Origin: a virus
Length of the DNA stretch: 64,000 nt
IMG/VR virus record: IMGVR_UViG_3300032323_001417
Location: 37,665-101,664 of that record
Strand: one strand, 5' to 3'
The notes beneath the pieces were generated by a model. That model was not told the DNA's origin. It searched no databases and saw nothing but the letters and a program-made list of their open reading frames with translations. Shown here in pieces: positions 10,739 to 19,824 of the stretch; within the stretch, counting starts at the first letter, position 1; every line of letters starts with the position of its first letter. Made by a program: the position numbers and the translations under genes.

Positions 10739-11446
10739 ATGGCAACTCGTGGAAATTCCAATCAAATTATCGTTGGTGCAGCCCAACTCTTCGTTTCGCA
10801 GCCAAGTCAGGGTTCACTAGAATACAATTCTACTGCAGATGTTTATGCATTTAACAGTGGTAGTGTTTCTGGATACCCTTCAATCAGTGCCTCTGGAGCT
10901 TATGCAGATAAGCTTGAAGCAGATAGCGCAAGATGGAGAAATGTAGGCTACACAATGAACGGTTTAGAAGTACAGTTCCAACCAGACTTCGGTGAAGTCC
11001 AGGTAGATCAGCTTCTTGACGTTGCAAAGCTTTACAAGCAAGGTATGCAGGTAAGCATGGTAACAGCATTTGCTGAAGGTACACTTGAAAATCTTCTTCT
11101 TTCTATTGCAGGAGCAGAAGGTGACTACGATGATAGCAATGCAACTTTCAACAGTGCAGGTAGACAACTTACTGGAGAAACAGAGCTTAACTTGTCAGCT
11201 GGCGAATTAGGTGCAGTTCCTGTGGAACGTGCTCTTATCGCCGTTGGTCCAGGTTCTGGTGATCCAGCAGCAACTGGTAATGCAAAGGTAGAGCGTGTTT
11301 ATGTAGGCAATCGTGTTCTCTCAATTGAGAACGTAACTGTTTCTGCAAAGCGTGATACACCTTCTATGTATGAAGTTACATTCCGTTTGCTTCCAGCATC
11401 CAATGGTTCCTATGGCAAGATCGTTGATCGTGTCGTTGGCAACTAA
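10739..11446 (+). CDS. Major tail (tube) protein
   Basis: IIVGAAQLF, VGYTMNGLE..FQPDFGEVQVDQ and YEVTFRLLP motifs; RBS GAGGTG; terminator follows. Confidence 0.85.
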   Translation: MATRGNSNQIIVGAAQLFVSQPSQGSLEYNSTADVYAFNSGSVSGYPSISASGAYADKLEADSARWRNVGYTMNGLEVQFQPDFGEVQVDQLLDVAKLYKQGMQVSMVTAFAEGTLENLLLSIAGAEGDYDDSNATFNSAGRQLTGETELNLSAGELGAVPVERALIAVGPGSGDPAATGNAKVERVYVGNRVLSIENVTVSAKRDTPSMYEVTFRLLPASNGSYGKIVDRVVGN

Positions 11447-11465
11447 AAATTAAATATAGAAACTT

Positions 11466-11491
11466 TGCCCACCCCCTAAAAAGGGTGGGCA
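11466..11491 (+). terminator. Hairpin terminator after tail tube gene
   Basis: TGCCCACCC...GGGTGGGCA followed by TTGTTT. Confidence 0.75.
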
Positions 11492-11514
11492 TTGTTTGCT
11501 TAATAAGCCCTTTA

Positions 11515-11523
11515 TGATATAAT
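11515..11523 (+). promoter_or_regulatory. Extended -10 promoter TGATATAAT
   Basis: Upstream of the AGGAGG RBS of the tail chaperone. Confidence 0.55.
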
Positions 11524-11547
11524 TGAATATAATCTATAGGAGGATTA

Positions 11548-11883
11548 ATGGCAACCAGTATTTACGAAGTTGTAGAAGTAGAACTATTAGATGGTTCACA
11601 AATTTCTATGAAACCGCTTAAGATTTCTTTATTGAGAGATTTTATGAAAGAGTTTCAGAAGATATCAGATCCAAAGATTTCAGAAGACAATATTAAGTCA
11701 ATGGATCTTTTGCTAAACTGTGCTGTTATTGCAATGAAGCAATACAATGCAGAGTTGGCAACTAAGGAGCAGCTAGAAGACATCATGGATCTTCCAACTG
11801 TGTACAAGGTAATTGAAGTAGCTGCAGGGATTCAGTTAAATGACCCAAACGCACTGGCAGCGGCTCTAGTTGGGACGAACTAG
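11548..11883 (+). CDS. Tail assembly chaperone (gpG-like)
   Basis: Between tail tube and tape measure; contains a slippery heptamer. Confidence 0.8.
   Translation: MATSIYEVVEVELLDGSQISMKPLKISLLRDFMKEFQKISDPKISEDNIKSMDLLLNCAVIAMKQYNAELATKEQLEDIMDLPTVYKVIEVAAGIQLNDPNALAAALVGTN
11844..11850 (+). other. Programmed -1 frameshift site C CCA AAC
   Basis: X XXY YYZ heptamer in the correct phase; the -1 frame opens at 11844 and runs to 12218. Confidence 0.8.
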
Positions 11884-12218
11884 ATCTAGCTGAGATAGAG
11901 TCTAGAGTATTTCTTCTGGGATTCTGGAAGAATTATTCTGAAATGGAAGAAAGCATATCTATGCCTGAACTAGTAGCAATACTAGAAGCTAAAAATAAAG
12001 AAGATTACGAAAGTAAGAAATTTATGGCAGCACTTCAGGGAGTGAATCTTGATTCCGATTCGTCTGAAAACAAATGGGAAGAAATGAAGGCTAGAGTGTA
12101 TAGCGGTGGCGCAACCTCTAACCCAAATGATATCCTGGCTCTACAAGGAAGTGCCGCACAACGTGCTGGTTTTGGAATTGGAAATGGGCTAGATTATGAG
12201 GTGATCTATAGTGGCTGA
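11844..12218 (+). CDS. Frameshift extension of tail chaperone (gpT-like part of gpGT)
   Basis: The -1 frame reads ...WDELDLAEIESRVFLLGFWKNYSEMEE..., continuous with the ORF 11943-12218. Confidence 0.75.
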   Translation, partial: PKRTGSGSSWDELDLAEIESRVFLLGFWKNYSEMEESISMPELVAILEAKNKEDYESKKFMAALQGVNLDSDSSENKWEEMKARVYSGGATSNPNDILALQGSAAQRAGFGIGNGLDYEVIYSG

Positions 12219-15200
12219 AGTAGCCAAGGGTATTATTGATATTGAGATCAATACGGGCTCTGCTGCCTCTACACTGCAAGCATTACAATCACAAATTAAT
12301 GCTTTTAATCTAGCCCTAAACAAAGCTAATGCTACACAGGGAAAATTTTCTGCAGAGTATACAAAAAAACTTCAAGATGCAATAAATAAAACTGGTCTTT
12401 TTACAGCAGAAACAATAAGACTTCAGACTGCTGCTGCAACTTTAGATAAAACTTTGTCCAAAGGAAAAACTTCTTTAGGGCAATATTTTAGTGCAAGATT
12501 TAATAAAGATGGTGCGATTGCAGCAGAGACAATGGCTCTTGCATCAGAACGTGCAAGAAGACTTCAAACACAATTTATAGCCACCTCTAGTGCTGCAAAT
12601 GGATTTCAAGATGCACTAGCAGTTAGACCACTTGCAGCATTTTCTTCACAAGTGGCGGTTGCAGGACAAAAAGCAGAAATTATGTCTGCAATGTTCAAGC
12701 AAGGAACTACTCAATTAATTAACTTTGGTAAGAATGTCCAATGGGCAGGTCGCCAGCTTATGGTTGGCTTTACAGTTCCACTTACAATTTTTGGTGCAGT
12801 AGCTGGAAAAACTTTTATGGAATTGGAAAAGCAAGCGGTTGCATTTAAAAAAGTATATGGAGATATTTTTACAACTCCAGCAGAATTAAATCAAAATTTA
12901 GAGGCAGTAAAAGGTCTTGCTTCTGAATATACTAAATATGGTATTGCAGTAAAAGACACAATTGGTCTTGCTGCTCAAGCTGCTGCTGCTGGTAGAAAAA
13001 ATGCAGATTTAACTGATGCAGTTTCTCAAGCAACAAGACTTGCAACACTTGGTCAAATGGATCAAAATGCAGCACTTGAAACAACAATATCTTTGCAATC
13101 TGCATTTAGATTATCAGGACAAGATCTTGCAGATACTATTAACTTTTTAAATATGGTTGAAAACCAAACAGTTGTTTCCTTGCAAGATATTGCTGCTGCT
13201 ATTCCTCGTGTAGCACCAGTTATCCAAGGTCTTGGTGGAGACGTAAAGGATCTTACAGTTTTCCTTGCAGCAATGCAAGAAGGTGGAGTTGATGCAGCAG
13301 AAGGTGCTAACGCATTAAAGTCTGGTCTTGCATCTTTGATTAATCCAACAAGACAAGCAACTGAAATGTTGAGTGGAATGGGGATAAATCTTCAGTCAAT
13401 TATTGAAGCAAATAAGGGAGACCTTATGGCTACTGTTAGGTCTTTTGCAGAAGCTTTACAGGGTCTTGATCAATTTTCAAGACAACAAGCTCTTGAACAA
13501 GTATTTGGAAAATTCCAGTATGCAAAACTTGGAGCATTGTTTGACAATATTTCTAGAAAAGGATCTCAGGCTCAACAGGTTATTGCAACAATGGGGTATA
13601 CTACAGAACAACTTGGTGCAACCGCAGATAAAGAATTAAAAACAATTGAAGAATCTTTTGGTGTTCAATTAACAGGTGCAATAGAAAGATTTAAACTAGC
13701 AATTGCCCCTATTGGAGAAATTTTTGTTAAAATAGCTATTCCACTTGTTAATTTTGCCACATCAATTGCAGAAGCTTTTAATGGATTGTCAGATGGTCAA
13801 AAGAAGTTTGCTGCTATTGGTGCAGTTATAATTGGTGTCGTTGTTCCAGCAGTCACAATGCTTACTGGTTTATTCTTAAACCTTGTTGGAACCCTTGCAA
13901 AAATGACACAAGGTATAACTTTATTTGGAATGGGATTTATAAAGGGTGGTCCTCTAGGTGCAGTTAAAGCACTTACACAAAGTTCAAAATATTTAAGTCT
14001 TGCAGAGATGGATGCAGCGATGGCTGCTCAACAACTTGCTGGTGCTAACCAAGCATTAAATGCAACTTTGGTTGAGCAGGTTGGAAGCTCTAATGCTGCT
14101 GCTGCTGCAATTGGAAATTTAACAAAAGCATATTCTGCAATGATTGCTACTCAAGGTGCTGCAGCAGCAAGATTCCCAGAACACTTTGGTATAGCTGGAG
14201 CAGCTGGAACAAGAGCAAAAGTTAGCCAGGTAGCAATGAGAGGAGTTCAAAGAAGAAATTCTGGTGGACCAATCTTTATGTCAAATGGCACAACTGTCCC
14301 AGGAACTGGAAATACTGATACAGTTCCAGCCATGCTTACTCCAGGGGAATTTGTAGTAAATAAAGAAGCTACTAAAAATAATCTTGGACTACTTCATAGT
14401 ATTAATAATAGTAAAAATCCTCAAGGATTAAATGCTGGTGGAAAAGCAAGAGGTATGCAATACCTTATGGCTGGTCAACTTGTAAGAGGAATGTTTGATA
14501 ATATACCAGGAGGATTTGCAAGTTTAGGGTCAAAAATTTCTAGAAGACTTTCTCCACATGCAAATTTTAAAATAAGATCTTCAAAATCGGGAAGAGTTTC
14601 ACAAGTAAAAACTTTAGCAGATTCTGTAAATAAAATAGCACCAATGTCAAAAGCTCCAGAATTAGCTAGAGCTTTTAAAGGATCTAGATTTTTTGAAGAG
14701 CTTGGAATAGTAACTACTATTTTTCCAAGACAATTAAACAAAAATGCAAGCAGTGGTGGCGGTGGAGCAAAAGTAGAAGATATTGAAGCTTTTATTCGTA
14801 TTGCAGGTCGTGACTTTCTTGAACCTTTTAGAAAAGCTTATGTAGATAGTGGTGGTCCAAGGGGTCTTGGTACTTCTGCAATTATAAAAAGAATGAAGTC
14901 ACAGTTAGCAAAAGAACCAAGAGGAACACTATATAGCGATGATGATTTAAAAAATTTACTTAATAATTCTATAAAAGATAAAAAAGTATTAGAACATATT
15001 GAAAAAATGAGAACAGACCCATCTAATACTGGTCAAGCAAGAATTTTAGGAATTAAACAAAATGCAGAAGAAAAGGCTAGTAGATTTGGAATTAAGGTTC
15101 CACGAACAGAAAATGGAACTTCTTCTACAGATGCTCAAAATGCTTTGATTAAAGCCATGGAAGATGATTTATATAAGAGTCTAAAAGAAAAAGTTACAGT

Positions 15201-18200
15201 AGTTGATACGCTAGAAAGGTATCGTACAAAAGCTGTTTTTGAAGCTAGGAATTCTAAAGGAGAAACTCTTTTAAGATTCACACCTGGAGATACTTTTTCT
15301 ACGGGAGCTGGTGCAAGAAGTTATAACAATCCAAAATACAGAGGTAATGAACAAAGAAAATCTATATTAAAAAGATTAGAAGCAGCTTTTAATAATAATA
15401 GCATTTCTAAAGAACAGTATGATATGTTTAAAACATTTGACATGGCTCACTTTAACAAGGGTGGACAAGTTCCAGGTATGCAATATTTTGCTGCTAACAA
15501 TAAACAAAGAGTAGTTCAAGAAGCATACAAGGCAGCTTCAGGTATTAGAAGAAGAGTAAGACCTGGAAGAGATCAAAGATTTAGCCAACAGGCTGTATTA
15601 AAAGATTATGTTCATGATGCAAATTTTGTAAGACATAGCAGAGACCCTGAAGATATGAATACTCTTTTGAGTATGATGAAGCCTCTTACTCAACAAACTA
15701 GGGCAACTAGAGGAACTGTTTTAGGATCAACAAATAATCCAGAACTACCATATGCACAACAAAAAAGAATTGTTGCTGCAATTAAAGAAGGAAGATATGA
15801 AGACCTGTTTGGAATGAGATTAAACTTTAGAGGTCCAGGATCATATACCACTAGAAGAGAAACAGATTTTTCACCATTTATTGGAGATCTTAGCAATCCA
15901 ACTTTAAGAGCGTTTTCAGATGGCTTTATGACATTAAAAGATCAAAAAGAAGAAATTGCTAAACTAAGAAAAATAATGAGATCAGGAAAGTTTAAAAAAC
16001 TTACTCCTGGAACTGCAGAATATGCAAGAGCACTTGGAATGACTGGTTTATGGAGTCCTGCTCGTTCTTGGAGACCTGGACCCAATCCTACTATTGGTAG
16101 TGACTGGACTGTTGAACAAGTTCTTGCAAATAAATTAAGAGACTATAATAATCGTAAAAAAGGTTTAAATAAAGCTTTTCCAGATAAAAAAATTCAACAA
16201 TTATTAATTGATGAAATGGTTGGATCTGGAGCACTAGCTATTGATGTACCAAAAGCTTTTTACAAGCATCCTAGATTACCTTATAGAGGAGATCATATAG
16301 AGAACCTTGTTAAAAAGGAAAATGAAATACTTCTTGGAGATAGAACATCTCAAATAACTGGGGTAGCAAGTGATTTAAGAACTAGGCTACCATCTTTAAT
16401 TACTCAATCTTTTAATAGAGGAAATATTGTTCCTGGAGTAGGAAACACAGATACCGTTCCAGCCATGCTTACCCCTGGAGAATTTGTTGTAAATAAAGAA
16501 GCAACAAAAAAGAACTATGACTTGTTAACTGCTATTAATAATTCTCAAAGATTAAATAAGGGTGGAATGGCTTACAAAGGTTCCAACGAGGCTCCTCCAA
16601 GACTGTTGATGAACTCTGGAGGTTTTATTCAATATTTAAATAAGGGAGAAGAAGTTCAAGGGAGGGACAGGTTTAAAAAACCTTCTGATAGAGGAGCAAC
16701 GGGTGGCAATTCTATAAATATTGGCAATGGTGGTGGCGTTGGAAAGGCTAGAGTTGCAGGACAGGCTGGAAGTATTGTTGGCGGTTTTGCAGGATTTGCA
16801 TTAGCAGAAAAACTTGGTATTGAAGGAATGGCTGGTCAATTTATCACATCTTTGGCTGCTGGAACTATTGCACAAAAAGCACTTACAGGGTCAATACTTG
16901 CAATAACAAAGTCTACAAAATCTGCTAATGCAAAAGAAGCACTATTTCCAATGCTATCAAAACTTGGTCCAAAAGTATTAGCTCTGTCAGGTCCAGTAAT
17001 GCTAGCAACTGGAGCTTTTGCAGCAGTTGGATTTACTTTATATAGCTTGAACAAAAGTTTGACAAATGCAGAAAAATCTGGTGCAGCACTTTCTGATGCA
17101 ATGTATGGATCTGCAAAAACAACAAAAGCAATGGCTGATGCGTTTGGAAGAGAAACTAATGCAGCTGCAGCAAGAAGAAAAGCAGCAGAAAAAGCTGGAG
17201 GTCAAGAAATAAGTCAAGAAGCAGTAGCTACTTCTGGAGAATTTATGAAGAGCGATGCAGCAAAGAAAATTTTAGAAGATATAAAACTTGTTGAAAAGTC
17301 TGGAGAAAGTGCGGTTTTAGCATTAAGAAATCAGCTAGCTTCTTCAATTATTGCAGGAGCCATTACTCCAGAAGAAGCAAAGGCGATTGCTTTAGATATT
17401 GGAAAAGAACTTGGAAGCGCAACTCTTGGTATTCAAGTTTCAGGAGAACTTACTTCTTTAATAGGTCCAAATGGGGAAAAGATATCAAACAACCTTATAG
17501 AAATTACAGCAGAAATTACTCCAAAAATTGATTCTGAAAAAATTAAAAAGGGTGCACAAAGCGCATTTGATTCTTTAAATCCTGGAGAAAAATTTGTTCA
17601 ATTTTTTAAAGGTGGACAAGAATCTTTTGTTAAAGAATTTTCAATAGACCAGATAAGTTCAGCAAATGCTTCAGCACTTGCAAAAGAAGCTGAGGCAAGA
17701 GCTTTACTAAATCTTGCATATCAAGAAGGAACTATAACACTTAAAGAGTATATTGATCAAGAAGGTAAAATAACTTCTGGTGCAAGCAAAAGATCTTCAT
17801 TTGTTGATAATGCAAATGCCAAAGCTTTAGGGTTTACATCTACTGAAGCAATGCAATCTAAGCTACAAGAGCAATTAGCTAATTTAAATGTTGATACTAC
17901 TGGAATGACAATAGGTGAAGCAAGTAGGGAAGTGGCACTTGGAGCATCTAGGGCAAGAGAAGACGATCAAGGAAAGGCAGCCTACGAAGCAATTATAACA
18001 AGGTCTAAAGACACTCTTAAGCAAACATTTGTTGATTCTGGAATGGACGCAGACATTGCTAAAACAATGACAGATAGCATGGAACAGGGTGTTGCTCAAA
18101 TTGATCCAGGTATTTTTGACAAGTTTTTATCAGGACAGATTCCTTTAGAAGGATATGACGTTGTAATGAATCTAGAATCTTCTGGAGATTTAACTTTAGA

Positions 18201-19824
18201 AGACATAGATAGGCTTGGAAAAGAATTGACAGCTCTAACTACTATTCCAAAAATTGATAAAGTTATTAATTTTGAAACTGCCAATGAAGAAATGATAACA
18301 GAGCTTTATGATGATTACATGGCGTTAGAAAAAGAACCTGACATTTTTAAGGGAATAAGTATTAAAGATAATTTAGCTGAAAATGCCATGGAACGATTTG
18401 GAATAAATTATCAGTGGATAATGAGTTTGCCAAATCAGGAAAAGTTTATTGTATTAACTACTATAGAAAGACATATAGAGCTTAAAAAAGCTGCAAATTC
18501 AGGGGACAGGAGTGACAGAGAAGCTCTTGCAGCATCAAATGCTGAACTTTCTAAATTAGTAGAAAATACTGTTGCGCCACCAACTGGTCCAACTGGTCCA
18601 ACTAAAGGACCTGGTGGCAATAGTGAAAAGAGTAAGCTTGATGACCTTAAAAAGATGCTTATGGAAAGATTTAGACTTCAAGAAATGCTTATTGATAAAG
18701 AAGCAGAAGGATTTAATAAAAGAATTAAACAAATTTCTAGAGAAATTCAATTGCAACAAAGACAGGTAGCTTTAGAAGAAAAGCAAATTGAAGTAAGACA
18801 AAAAGCTTTAGAAGAACTTTCTAAAAAAGAAAATGAAGTAAATACTGTATATGACAATAGAATATCTGCACTAGATAGAGTATCTGCATCAAATTCAAGA
18901 TTGGCAAGTCAAGAACAATCTAGAATAAGCCTTGCATCCGCACTTGCTTCTGGTGATATTGCTGCTGCTGCTTCTGCAATGTCTGACATAACTCAGCAAT
19001 CTGCAGAAAGTCAGATAGAAGACACCAAGACTGCACTAGAAACTCAAAGAGAAACTGCATTAAAGAATTTAACAGTTGATGTAAATGGCACTTTAATGAC
19101 AAGAAAAGATATTGAAGCAAGCATAGAAACAATTCAGATAAATATAGATAAAATTCAAACTAGCATCTATGATAAAAATATTTTAATACAAACAGAAGAA
19201 GACAAGCTATTAAAAATTGAAGAAAAGAGACTAAAGGTTGCTGAGGATCGTGAAAAAATAGAAACAAGGCTATATCTTTTAGAACAAAACAGGGCTATTA
19301 AAGAATTAACAAAAAAGTCCAAAGAAAAAGGTGGTCTAACTAACTCAGAAAAAACAGAACTTGCAGACTACAAGAAAGCTTACAACGCTATGGCAGAATC
19401 TTTTAATAAACAATATCCTACCTCCACACCCATACAGCTATTGAATAGTGGTGGTCAGGTTTCTGGATTTGGAATGACAGACAGAGTTCCAGCCATGCTT
19501 ACCCCTGGTGAATTTGTTATTAATAAAAATGCTACAAAAACTTTCTTGCCTATGCTAGAGTCTATTAATTCTGGAGTATTCCCATCAATTGGTGGAATGA
19601 ATCTAGGATCTCCAAGATATGATGTTCCTGTTAGCAATGTTACCAATGTTCCAGTTTCTCAGTCAATTACCAATTCATCAAATGCTTCTACCATGTATAA
19701 TAATAGTTACAGTATAAATGTAAATGTATCTGGAAGTAGCTCTTCTGCAGATGAAATTGCAAACGTTGTTATGGGTAAGATTGCAAGATCTAACTCAGGA
19801 AGTATTAGAGGGAGTAGGTATTAA
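12211..19824 (+). CDS. Tape measure protein (TP901-type core) with inserted cargo cassette
   Basis: 2537 aa, Ala-rich helical; GRQLMVGFTVP and GANALKSGLASL core motifs; follows the chaperones. Confidence 0.92.
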   Translation: MAEVAKGIIDIEINTGSAASTLQALQSQINAFNLALNKANATQGKFSAEYTKKLQDAINKTGLFTAETIRLQTAAATLDKTLSKGKTSLGQYFSARFNKDGAIAAETMALASERARRLQTQFIATSSAANGFQDALAVRPLAAFSSQVAVAGQKAEIMSAMFKQGTTQLINFGKNVQWAGRQLMVGFTVPLTIFGAVAGKTFMELEKQAVAFKKVYGDIFTTPAELNQNLEAVKGLASEYTKYGIAVKDTIGLAAQAAAAGRKNADLTDAVSQATRLATLGQMDQNAALETTISLQSAFRLSGQDLADTINFLNMVENQTVVSLQDIAAAIPRVAPVIQGLGGDVKDLTVFLAAMQEGGVDAAEGANALKSGLASLINPTRQATEMLSGMGINLQSIIEANKGDLMATVRSFAEALQGLDQFSRQQALEQVFGKFQYAKLGALFDNISRKGSQAQQVIATMGYTTEQLGATADKELKTIEESFGVQLTGAIERFKLAIAPIGEIFVKIAIPLVNFATSIAEAFNGLSDGQKKFAAIGAVIIGVVVPAVTMLTGLFLNLVGTLAKMTQGITLFGMGFIKGGPLGAVKALTQSSKYLSLAEMDAAMAAQQLAGANQALNATLVEQVGSSNAAAAAIGNLTKAYSAMIATQGAAAARFPEHFGIAGAAGTRAKVSQVAMRGVQRRNSGGPIFMSNGTTVPGTGNTDTVPAMLTPGEFVVNKEATKNNLGLLHSINNSKNPQGLNAGGKARGMQYLMAGQLVRGMFDNIPGGFASLGSKISRRLSPHANFKIRSSKSGRVSQVKTLADSVNKIAPMSKAPELARAFKGSRFFEELGIVTTIFPRQLNKNASSGGGGAKVEDIEAFIRIAGRDFLEPFRKAYVDSGGPRGLGTSAIIKRMKSQLAKEPRGTLYSDDDLKNLLNNSIKDKKVLEHIEKMRTDPSNTGQARILGIKQNAEEKASRFGIKVPRTENGTSSTDAQNALIKAMEDDLYKSLKEKVTVVDTLERYRTKAVFEARNSKGETLLRFTPGDTFSTGAGARSYNNPKYRGNEQRKSILKRLEAAFNNNSISKEQYDMFKTFDMAHFNKGGQVPGMQYFAANNKQRVVQEAYKAASGIRRRVRPGRDQRFSQQAVLKDYVHDANFVRHSRDPEDMNTLLSMMKPLTQQTRATRGTVLGSTNNPELPYAQQKRIVAAIKEGRYEDLFGMRLNFRGPGSYTTRRETDFSPFIGDLSNPTLRAFSDGFMTLKDQKEEIAKLRKIMRSGKFKKLTPGTAEYARALGMTGLWSPARSWRPGPNPTIGSDWTVEQVLANKLRDYNNRKKGLNKAFPDKKIQQLLIDEMVGSGALAIDVPKAFYKHPRLPYRGDHIENLVKKENEILLGDRTSQITGVASDLRTRLPSLITQSFNRGNIVPGVGNTDTVPAMLTPGEFVVNKEATKKNYDLLTAINNSQRLNKGGMAYKGSNEAPPRLLMNSGGFIQYLNKGEEVQGRDRFKKPSDRGATGGNSINIGNGGGVGKARVAGQAGSIVGGFAGFALAEKLGIEGMAGQFITSLAAGTIAQKALTGSILAITKSTKSANAKEALFPMLSKLGPKVLALSGPVMLATGAFAAVGFTLYSLNKSLTNAEKSGAALSDAMYGSAKTTKAMADAFGRETNAAAARRKAAEKAGGQEISQEAVATSGEFMKSDAAKKILEDIKLVEKSGESAVLALRNQLASSIIAGAITPEEAKAIALDIGKELGSATLGIQVSGELTSLIGPNGEKISNNLIEITAEITPKIDSEKIKKGAQSAFDSLNPGEKFVQFFKGGQESFVKEFSIDQISSANASALAKEAEARALLNLAYQEGTITLKEYIDQEGKITSGASKRSSFVDNANAKALGFTSTEAMQSKLQEQLANLNVDTTGMTIGEASREVALGASRAREDDQGKAAYEAIITRSKDTLKQTFVDSGMDADIAKTMTDSMEQGVAQIDPGIFDKFLSGQIPLEGYDVVMNLESSGDLTLEDIDRLGKELTALTTIPKIDKVINFETANEEMITELYDDYMALEKEPDIFKGISIKDNLAENAMERFGINYQWIMSLPNQEKFIVLTTIERHIELKKAANSGDRSDREALAASNAELSKLVENTVAPPTGPTGPTKGPGGNSEKSKLDDLKKMLMERFRLQEMLIDKEAEGFNKRIKQISREIQLQQRQVALEEKQIEVRQKALEELSKKENEVNTVYDNRISALDRVSASNSRLASQEQSRISLASALASGDIAAAASAMSDITQQSAESQIEDTKTALETQRETALKNLTVDVNGTLMTRKDIEASIETIQINIDKIQTSIYDKNILIQTEEDKLLKIEEKRLKVAEDREKIETRLYLLEQNRAIKELTKKSKEKGGLTNSEKTELADYKKAYNAMAESFNKQYPTSTPIQLLNSGGQVSGFGMTDRVPAMLTPGEFVINKNATKTFLPMLESINSGVFPSIGGMNLGSPRYDVPVSNVTNVPVSQSITNSSNASTMYNNSYSINVNVSGSSSSADEIANVVMGKIARSNSGSIRGSRY
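14296..14376 (+). repeat. Tape measure repeat copy 1 (VPGTGNTDTVPAMLTPGEFVVNKEATK)
   Basis: Near-identical peptide at 16429 and a similar one at 19459; shared nucleotide core GTTCCAGCCATGCTTAC. Confidence 0.9.
15580..16380 (+). other. Putative ADP-ribosyltransferase domain embedded in the tape measure
   Basis: Ordered motifs: LKDY, TRG (R1167), SYTT (S1211), LLIDEMVGSGALAIDV, ENEILL (E1370/E1372). Confidence 0.6.
16429..16509 (+). repeat. Tape measure repeat copy 2 (VPGVGNTDTVPAMLTPGEFVVNKEATK)
   Basis: One amino-acid difference from copy 1. Confidence 0.9.
19459..19539 (+). repeat. Tape measure repeat copy 3 (VSGFGMTDRVPAMLTPGEFVINKNATK)
   Basis: Shares GTTCCAGCCATGCTTACCCCTGG with copy 2. 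Confidence 0.85.

Noticed and set aside
10657-10854. 65-aa ORF overlapping the tail tube start
   Set aside because: It overlaps the major tail gene out of frame and spans its promoter and RBS, so it is probably spurious.
14296-19539. Tape-measure repeats as a diversity-generating retroelement TR/VR pair
   Set aside because: No reverse transcriptase is in the window, and differences are mostly synonymous rather than adenine-specific.
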